Shown piece after piece: positions 1 to 6,923 of a DNA stretch of 32,000 nucleotides. Positions within the stretch are counted from its first letter, which is position 1; the number at the start of each line of letters is the position of its first letter. Below the pieces are notes generated by a model. The model was not told where the DNA came from and ran no database searches. It saw nothing but the letters and a program-made list of their open reading frames with translations. Location of the stretch: positions 393,803-425,802 of the forward strand of contig NZ_CP046206.1 of the NCBI RefSeq assembly GCF_012570145.1. The letters are read 5' to 3'. The position numbers were made by a program, and so were the translations under genes. Source of the DNA: Enterobacteriaceae endosymbiont of Donacia provostii (GTDB taxonomy: Bacteria; Pseudomonadota; Gammaproteobacteria; Enterobacterales; Enterobacteriaceae).

Positions 1-164
1 ATAACGAAAACAATACAATTGATCAAAAAGAAACAGATAACGAAAACAATACAATTGATCAAAAAGAAACAGATAACGAAAACAATACAATTGATCAAAA
101 AGAAACAGATAACGAAAACAATACAATTGATCAAAAAGAAACAGATAACGAAAACAATACAATT
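1..164 (+). repeat. Perfect 36-bp tandem repeat, at least 4.5 copies, in frame within grpE (12-aa unit NENNTIDQKETD)
   Basis: The unit ataacgaaaacaatacaattgatcaaaaagaaacag starts at nt 1, 37, 73 and 109 with no mismatch. A fifth copy (145-164) diverges at nt 165. The array touches the window edge, so more copies may lie upstream. Each full unit carries one GATC (21-24, 57-60, 93-96, 129-132). Confidence 0.95.
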
Positions 165-677
165 AATTATTTTAAAGAAAAAAATGATTTATTAAAAATA
201 GAAATTTTTGAATTAAAAAACAAAATAAAAAAAATTAAACAACAAATATGGGATATAAAATTACGTTCTCAATCTGAAATAGAAAATATAAGACGTAGAT
301 CATTTTTAGATATAGAAAACGCCTATAAATTTTCTTTAGAAAAATTTATTTATGAACTATTACCTGTTATCGATAATTTAGAAAGATCTTTAGAATTAAA
401 ACAATATAAAAAAGATTCTTTTATTATTTCTATAATAGAAGGTATTAAATTAACTTTAAAATCATTATTAACATTAATTAAAAAATTTGGTGTTACATCT
501 ATAAATGATATTAATTTACCCTTTGACCCATCTAAACATCAAGCAATGTCAATAATTGAATCAGATAAAATTAAAGAAAATTATATAATAAAAGTTTTAC
601 AAAAAGGATATATTTTAAATAAAAGATTATTAAGACCAGCTATGGTTATTGTTTCTAAAAAAAAAATAAATAATTAA
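1..677 (+). CDS. grpE: Nucleotide exchange factor GrpE (5'-partial; the start codon lies left of the window)
   Basis: Frame 3 is open from nt 3 to TAA at 675-677. The translation ...RSQSEIENIRRRSFLDIENAYKFSLEKFIYELLPVIDNLERSL...QKGYILNKRLLRPAMVIVSKK matches the conserved GrpE core as I recall it from E. coli ([38 protein letters not shown]...QKGYTLNGRTIRAAMVTV). It is missing from the ORF track only because no start codon is in the window. Confidence 0.9.
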   Translation, partial: NENNTIDQKETDNENNTIDQKETDNENNTIDQKETDNENNTIDQKETDNENNTINYFKEKNDLLKIEIFELKNKIKKIKQQIWDIKLRSQSEIENIRRRSFLDIENAYKFSLEKFIYELLPVIDNLERSLELKQYKKDSFIISIIEGIKLTLKSLLTLIKKFGVTSINDINLPFDPSKHQAMSIIESDKIKENYIIKVLQKGYILNKRLLRPAMVIVSKKKINN

Positions 678-763
678 CATTATATAAATAATATATTTAC
701 TTATTTTTATACAGAAAATATATATATTATAACTTCAATAAAAAATTTAAAAGGAACTAAAAA

Positions 764-982
764 ATGACTAAAATTTGTCAAATAACTAAAAAAAAAACAA
801 TAAAAGGAAATAAACGTTCTCATGCAATGAATGCAACTAAAAGAAAATTTTTACCTAACATTCATTATCATAAATTTTGGTTAGCAAAAGAAAAAAGATT
901 TATTAAATTAAAAATATCTTCAAAGGGGATAAGATTAATTAATAAAAAAGGAATAGAAAATATAAAAATTTATAATAAATAA
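764..982 (+). CDS. rpmB: 50S ribosomal protein L28
   Basis: 72 aa. [39 protein letters not shown] aligns with E. coli L28 [39 protein letters not shown]. An AAGGA Shine-Dalgarno lies about 10 nt upstream. Confidence 0.96.
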   Translation: MTKICQITKKKTIKGNKRSHAMNATKRKFLPNIHYHKFWLAKEKRFIKLKISSKGIRLINKKGIENIKIYNK

Positions 983-998
983 AAAAGGATAATATATT

Positions 999-1163
999 AT
1001 GGCAAAAAAAAAACGTATAATAATTAAGTTAGTTTCATCTGCTAAAACTGGACATTTTTATACTATTACTAAAAATAAAAAAAATATAAAACAATTATCA
1101 ATTAAAAAATTTGATCCTTTATTAAGGAAACATGTCTTATATAAAGAAAAGAAAATTAAATAA
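999..1163 (+). CDS. rpmG: 50S ribosomal protein L33 (54 aa; below the ORF-track size cutoff)
   Basis: ATG at 999, TAA at 1161-1163. The translation [54 protein letters not shown] matches E. coli L33 ([55 protein letters not shown]). An AAGGA SD is upstream, and the rpmB-rpmG pair is conserved. Confidence 0.93.
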   Translation: MAKKKRIIIKLVSSAKTGHFYTITKNKKNIKQLSIKKFDPLLRKHVLYKEKKIK

Positions 1164-1181
1164 TTCTTTTTTATTAATTAC

Positions 1182-1222
1182 TAATCAATAATGATTAATA
1201 ATGATCAAATCATTATTGATTA
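1182..1222. terminator. Hairpin between convergent rpmG and rpmE (candidate bidirectional terminator)
   Basis: Perfect 15-bp inverted repeat taatcaataatgatt (1182-1196) / aatcattattgatta (1208-1222) with an 11-nt loop. It lies 19 nt after the rpmG stop and 25 nt after the rpmE stop. There is no immediately adjacent T-run, and the stem has only 2 G:C pairs. Confidence 0.5.
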
Positions 1223-1246
1223 ATAAAATTGTAATTTTTTAAAATT

Positions 1247-1468
1247 TTATTTAAATATTTGAAAATTTTTAAATTTTTTTCTAAATTGTTCAACACGACC
1301 TTTATTATCTGTTATTTTTTGTTTTCCTGTATAAAAAGGATGACATAGATAACAAACATCTAAACTTAATTCTTTATTATTTTTTAAAGTTGATTTAATA
1401 TTAATTAAATTACCACATGAACATTTAGCTAAAATACTATTATATTTAGGATGAATATTTTTTTTCAT
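1247..1468 (-). CDS. rpmE: 50S ribosomal protein L31
   Basis: 73 aa. [20 protein letters not shown]...[15 protein letters not shown] matches E. coli L31 ([20 protein letters not shown]...LDVCSKCHPFFTGKQ), including the CxC...CxxC zinc motif. It is divergent from priA, as in E. coli. Confidence 0.96.
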   Translation of the reverse strand: MKKNIHPKYNSILAKCSCGNLINIKSTLKNNKELSLDVCYLCHPFYTGKQKITDNKGRVEQFRKKFKNFQIFK

Positions 1469-1559
1469 ATATATGATTAATTATTATTTTATTAAAATAT
1501 TATATTTATTTTATAAATAAAAAATTTTATTACAAGTTATTTATTAAAAATTTAACATT

Positions 1560-3638
1560 ATGAAAATTATTAAAATTGTAATTAATAATTCTGTTATAAA
1601 TAATGAATTTGATTATTTATTACCTAAAAATATTGTTACATCTATAGGATGTAGGGTTTTAATATCAATTAAAAAAAAATATTATATAGGTATAGTAATA
1701 AAAATTACTTCTCATTCTATAAAATATAGAAATAAATTAAAATTTATAACTAAAATTTTAGATAAACAACCTTTATTAAATTCTTTCATGATAAATTTTG
1801 CTAAAAAAATTTCTCAATATTATCAATATCCTATTGGAAGTATATTATTTCGAATATTACCGATTTTTTTTAGAAAAAAAAATAAATCTTGTATAAATAT
1901 AGATGATATACAATCAAAAAATATTCTTTATATGAATAACATTAAGATATTAAAATATTTTCAGTTTTTAAAAATTAAAAAAATTAATTTTAAATTTTAT
2001 AATCAAAAACAAGATTATTTATATAAAAAATATAATAATTTTATGAAAAATGAAAAAATAAACATTTTAGAAAATTTTAAAAAAAAATGTAATCAAAATA
2101 AATTTTGTGTTTATGTTACACAGAATAATATTATTTTTCTTGAAAAAATTAACATCTATTTAGATATGATTAAAATAATTCTATCACAAAAAAAACAAAT
2201 ATTAATAATCGTACCACAATATTATTTTTCTTTTCAATTATATAAATATTTTTTATCTAAATTAGATACATCTATTTGTTTATTATATTCAAATTTTACT
2301 AATAAAAAAACATTATCAATTTGGAAAAATATAAAAAATGGTTTATTATCTATAATAATAGGAACTAAATTTTCTATTTTGATACAATATTTTAAATTAG
2401 GATTAATAATCTTAACAGAAGAACATAATTTTATATATAGAAAAAATAATGTATTTGAATATAATACTAGAAATATAGCTATTTTAAGAGCTAAAATGGA
2501 TAATATTCCTATTATATTAAATTCTAATACGTTAAGTATAGAAACAATATATAATATTAATATTAAAAAATATGATTTTTTATTTGAAAATAAAAAAGAA
2601 ATAGTTTATAAAAATTTCTTTACATTTTTCTTTTTAGGTGAAAAAACATTTAAATCGCCATATCTTTCTAAAACTTTAATAAAAATAATATTAAAATATA
2701 TTCAAAAAAATGAACAAATAATCATTTATTATAAACATATTGGATATGCTATTAATATTTTATGTAATTTTTGTCATAAAATTTTAAAGTGTACAGATTG
2801 TAGCAATAATTTTATATTTTATAAAAATATATGGAAATTATATTGTTATTGTTGTAAAAAAATTATTAATATGTTTGATATATGTCCCTTTTGTCATAAA
2901 AATTTTTTTATACCGATAGGTATTGGTATAGAAAAATTAACTGAGTTATTAAATAATATTTTTCCAAATATATCAATATTTAATATTAATAATGATAATT
3001 TTTTTAAAAAAATTTTATGTATTAATAATAAAAAACCTTCAATTATTATTTCATCTCAAATTTTATATAAGGAATATTTTTCATTTTTAAAAAATAGTTT
3101 AATTATTTTTTTAAATATAGATAATATTTTATTTTCTAAAAATTTTAAAACTACAGAATATTTTACACAATATATTTTTAATATATTAAATAATCATTTA
3201 AATAAAAAAAAAAAAACAGTTATTATTCAAACACATTATCCAAATCATGAAATTTTTTTAAAAATATTTAAAAAATATCAAACTTATTATGATGTAGTTC
3301 ATTTTATTTTAAAAGAAAGAAAAAAAATGTTATTACCTCCTTTTACTAATCATATTTCTCTAATCTTTGAATCTAAAGATCAAAAAATTTTATTAAATTT
3401 TTTAAAAATTTTAAAAAAAAAAATTATAGAAAAATTTATAAATGAAAAAAAATTTATTATTATTGGACCATTATCATTAAAACAAATTAAAAGAAAAGGT
3501 TTTTTTAGAAAACAATTAATTTTACAACATATTTTTAAAAAAAAATTACAATTAATTACAAATTATATTATTGTTATTATGAAAAAAATTATTTTTTTTA
3601 ATAAAATTAAGTTTATTATTAATGTTGATCCCATTTAA
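1560..3638 (+). CDS. priA: Primosomal protein N' (PriA), with degenerate helicase motifs
   Basis: 692 aa. The N-terminus (FDYLLPKN...GCRVLISIKKK..IGIV) and the region YYQYPIGSILFRILP parallel E. coli PriA (FDYLLPEG...GCRVRVPFGKQ..IGIV; YYHHPIGDVLFHALP). The eight-Cys region CNFCHKILKCTDCSNNFIFYKNIWKLYCYCCKKIINMFDICPFCHK and the C-terminal IIQTHYPNHE and LPPFT are retained. See the findings for motif loss. Confidence 0.9.
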   Translation: MKIIKIVINNSVINNEFDYLLPKNIVTSIGCRVLISIKKKYYIGIVIKITSHSIKYRNKLKFITKILDKQPLLNSFMINFAKKISQYYQYPIGSILFRILPIFFRKKNKSCINIDDIQSKNILYMNNIKILKYFQFLKIKKINFKFYNQKQDYLYKKYNNFMKNEKINILENFKKKCNQNKFCVYVTQNNIIFLEKINIYLDMIKIILSQKKQILIIVPQYYFSFQLYKYFLSKLDTSICLLYSNFTNKKTLSIWKNIKNGLLSIIIGTKFSILIQYFKLGLIILTEEHNFIYRKNNVFEYNTRNIAILRAKMDNIPIILNSNTLSIETIYNINIKKYDFLFENKKEIVYKNFFTFFFLGEKTFKSPYLSKTLIKIILKYIQKNEQIIIYYKHIGYAINILCNFCHKILKCTDCSNNFIFYKNIWKLYCYCCKKIINMFDICPFCHKNFFIPIGIGIEKLTELLNNIFPNISIFNINNDNFFKKILCINNKKPSIIISSQILYKEYFSFLKNSLIIFLNIDNILFSKNFKTTEYFTQYIFNILNNHLNKKKKTVIIQTHYPNHEIFLKIFKKYQTYYDVVHFILKERKKMLLPPFTNHISLIFESKDQKILLNFLKILKKKIIEKFINEKKFIIIGPLSLKQIKRKGFFRKQLILQHIFKKKLQLITNYIIVIMKKIIFFNKIKFIINVDPI

Positions 3639-3697
3639 TTACTTATCTTTTAAAGATAAAATATTTTATATTTTGTTAAAACTCGGTATATAATTTT

Positions 3698-5572
3698 ATG
3701 TATAATTTTAATAAATTTGATGTAATTGTTATAGGTGGTGGACATGCAGGTACAGAGGCAGCTATAGCTAGTGCTAAAATGAAAAAAAAGACTCTTTTAA
3801 TAACAAATAATATAGATACAATTGGACAAATGTCTTGTAATCCAGCAATTGGAGGTGTAGGGAAAAGTCATTTAGTAAAAGAAATAGATGCATTAAATGG
3901 TATTATGGCTACCGCAATTGATTATTCTGGTATTAATTTTAAAATCCTTAATTATAGTAAAGGACCTGCTGTTAGATCTACTAGAGCACAAGCAGATAGA
4001 GAAATATATAAATCTCAAATAAAATTTTTATTACAAAAAGAAAAAAATCTACTTATTTTTCAACAAGAAGTTAAAAAAATTATCATTAAAAATTATAAAA
4101 TAAATGGTATTATAACTAAAAATAATGATATTTTTTATTCTAAAATTGTAATTTTAACGACTGGTACTTTTTTAAATGGTAAAATTTATATTGGTTCTAA
4201 TAATCAATATCTTGGAGGAAGAATTAATGATATTTCATCTATTAGTTTAGCTAAATTTTTATGTGAATTGCCTATAAATAAAGGAAGATTAAAAACAGGT
4301 ACCCCCCCCCGTATTGATAAAAGAAGTATTAATTTTTCTCAATTAGAAAAACAAAATAGTGATGATCCTTTACCATTTTTTTCTTATCTTGGTAATGCTA
4401 AACAACATCCTAAACAATTACCTTGTTATATTACATATACTAATATAGATACACATCAAATTATATTTGATAATATTAAAAAAAGTCCTATATATAGTGG
4501 ATTAATAAAATCAAAAGGTCCTAGATATTGTCCATCTATTGAAGATAAAATTATTAGATTTTCTAATAAAAAAAAACATCAAATTTTTTTAGAACCGGAG
4601 GGCATCATAAATAATGAAATATATCCTAATGGAATTTCTACTAGTTTACCATTTAACGTACAACTTTTAATTGTAAAATCAATTAAAGGTTTAGAAAACG
4701 CACATATTACTAGACCAGGATATGCTGTAGAATATGATTTTTATGATCCTAGAGGTTTAAAACCTACAATGGAAAGTAAATTTATAAAAGGTTTATTTTT
4801 TGCAGGACAAATTAATGGAACTACAGGCTATGAAGAAGCTGCTGCCCAAGGACTAATAGCAGGATTAAATGCTTCTCTATTAATAGATGAAAAAAAATCA
4901 TGGTATCCATTAAGAAATCAAGCATATATAGGTGTTTTATTAGATGATTTATGTACTTTAGGCACAAAAGAACCATATCGTATGTTTACATCAAGAGCAG
5001 AATATAGACTCTTATTAAGAGAAAATAATGCTGATATAAGATTAACAGAAATAGGTAGAAAACTAGGTTTAGTAGATGATTTACGTTGGAAAAAATTTAA
5101 TGAAAAACTAGAAAGTATTGAACAAGAATATCAAAAAATTAAAAATTTTTCTATTAATTTAAATAATAAAAACAAATTCGAAAATTTATTAAAAAAATAT
5201 AATATAAATAATATTAATATTAATGGAATTAATTTATTAAAACGTTCCGAAATAAATTATAAAGATTTATTAAAATATAATATATTATCTTTTAATAAAG
5301 AAAAAATAGAGATTTTTGAATATATTGAAACAGAATTAAAATATCAAGGTTATATTAAAAGACAAGAAGAACATATAAAAAAACAAAAAAAAAATGAAAA
5401 TATATTAATACCTATAAATATTAATTTTAATACTATTAAAAGTTTATCTAGTGAAGCAATAGATAAATTTAATTATTATAAACCGTATACTCTTGGACAA
5501 GCTTCTAGAATACCTGGTATAACACCAGCTGATATTTCAATACTTATGATTTATTTATTAAAAAATAAATAA
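3698..5572 (+). CDS. mnmG: tRNA uridine 5-carboxymethylaminomethyl modification enzyme MnmG (GidA)
   Basis: 624 aa. It carries the FAD-binding N-terminus [16 protein letters not shown], and the motifs [38 protein letters not shown] and [19 protein letters not shown], all hallmark GidA/MnmG motifs. Confidence 0.97.
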   Translation: MYNFNKFDVIVIGGGHAGTEAAIASAKMKKKTLLITNNIDTIGQMSCNPAIGGVGKSHLVKEIDALNGIMATAIDYSGINFKILNYSKGPAVRSTRAQADREIYKSQIKFLLQKEKNLLIFQQEVKKIIIKNYKINGIITKNNDIFYSKIVILTTGTFLNGKIYIGSNNQYLGGRINDISSISLAKFLCELPINKGRLKTGTPPRIDKRSINFSQLEKQNSDDPLPFFSYLGNAKQHPKQLPCYITYTNIDTHQIIFDNIKKSPIYSGLIKSKGPRYCPSIEDKIIRFSNKKKHQIFLEPEGIINNEIYPNGISTSLPFNVQLLIVKSIKGLENAHITRPGYAVEYDFYDPRGLKPTMESKFIKGLFFAGQINGTTGYEEAAAQGLIAGLNASLLIDEKKSWYPLRNQAYIGVLLDDLCTLGTKEPYRMFTSRAEYRLLLRENNADIRLTEIGRKLGLVDDLRWKKFNEKLESIEQEYQKIKNFSINLNNKNKFENLLKKYNINNININGINLLKRSEINYKDLLKYNILSFNKEKIEIFEYIETELKYQGYIKRQEEHIKKQKKNENILIPININFNTIKSLSSEAIDKFNYYKPYTLGQASRIPGITPADISILMIYLLKNK

Positions 5573-6923
5573 TTATAATAAATTTATTATTACACAAAAG
5601 TTTTATATATTTTATTTATATTTTATATTGTTAATAATTAAAATCATAATTTAAAAAAAATTAAAATAGTTTTTACGTAAAATATAAATTCTATTGTATA
5701 GATTCTTTTTATTAAAGATAAAAAAAATTTATTTTAAATTATTAAAATTTTATTACAGGAATTATATAATATATGTACAATGTACAACAAAAATATAAAA
5801 TTTATTAATATTATTATTATTTCTCATAATGCATGATAAAAATCATGCATTAAAATTACTAAAAATATTATATATTTTAGCTAGTAAATCTGAAATTCAA
5901 TATATTGTTAAAAAAATTAAAATATAAATACAGATATTTTAATAATAAAGAATTTAAATAGATGTAAAAAAATTAATAAATACTTTTTTATAATATGAAA
6001 AAAATACAATTTTAGAATAATATATATAATGAGTTATTTTTCTTAATTAAGAAAAAAAATAAAAAAGGAAAATCATCTTAAATTAGTAATTTTATTAATA
6101 TAAAACAATCAATTTTATTAAAAAAATAAAAATTAAATAATTACAATTTTATAATTAGTATAAAAATAGATAATTTTCTAAATATAAAAGTAAATATAAT
6201 TATATGTAGTTATGATGAAAAAAAAATAATAAATTATTATAAATGATAATATTTTTATTAAATTTAATTTATTATTTATTATTCCTATTTATATAATTAA
6301 AAATAAAATACTTTTACTAAAAAAGTAATTATTATAAAATAATGTTAATAATTTATAATCCTCAATTAATTTTTAATAAAAAAACATTTTATTTTTAAAA
6401 TAAAAATTTTTTGTATCCTATTACTTTAAAAAAATATTAAAAATAGAAAAAATATATTATATTAATGTAGTTATAGCTGTAGTATTAAAATATAAATTAT
6501 TCGTTTTTATTAATTTTAATATTATAATAACAATTTAAGTTTTTATTAATATAAATTCATTAAAATAAAATTTAATATTGAAGCAATATATTTATTTAAG
6601 ATAGGAATTTATATATAAATTACTGATAAATTTTCTAAATTTTGTAATTTAAATATTTTTAATAATATAAATTATGACCTTTCTTTTCTATAGGTAATAT
6701 CATTATATTATTAGCAATACTATATTAAAAATATATAAAGTTAATAATATTAATTATCTTAAAATTAAGCTAAATCAGTTATAGTTAATAAAATTTATAT
6801 TTTTATTTTATTTAAAATAAATTTTTATATAAAATTATTTACTCTTTAATGTTTAAAAATTATATTTTAAATACGTATTTAATAGATATTAAAGATATCT
6901 TTTTATTTTGAAAGGTATTAAAT
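5573..6923. other. 1.35-kb ORF-free, extremely A+T-rich spacer between mnmG and nrdA
   Basis: The six-frame track reports no ORF here. G and C are sparse and scattered, with no G+C-rich island that would suggest a structured RNA gene. The spacer contains small palindromes, including a 10-bp stem at 5828-5851 and a 20-bp palindrome at 6037-6056. Every other intergenic spacer in the window is 2-292 bp. Confidence 0.8.

Noticed and set aside
1550-1577. dif-like XerD-arm match atttaacatta (10/11 to ATTTAACATAA) at the priA start
   Set aside because: The central region and XerC arm do not match, and the site overlaps the priA start codon. A rough estimate suggests several 10/11 matches to such an A/T-rich 11-mer are expected by chance in this window. 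A similar weak resemblance in the crr-yebC spacer (ataatgtatgtaat, about 29831-29844) fails in the XerD arm.
5575-5590. 16-bp palindrome ataataaatttattat right after the mnmG stop, a possible terminator
   Set aside because: It is all A/T, has no loop and no T-run, and is indistinguishable from background palindromes.
6465-6505. tRNA-like string tatagctgtagta, and a 10-mer atgtagttat repeated at 6204-6213 and 6465-6474
   Set aside because: No acceptor stem, anticodon arm or GTTCRA T-loop can be built around it. The repeated 10-mer has no extended flanking similarity, so coincidence in low-complexity sequence is a sufficient explanation.
5573-6923. oriC in the long spacer, suggested by the classic gidA (mnmG)-oriC linkage
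   Set aside because: In E. coli, oriC lies upstream (5') of gidA, but this spacer is downstream (3') of mnmG. The 59-nt priA-mnmG gap is too small for an origin. I found no cluster of DnaA boxes; the best match to TTATCCACA is a single 7/9 site, taatcctca, at 6356-6364. There are no GATC clusters either. The idea remains only a low-probability alternative, testable by GC-skew analysis.
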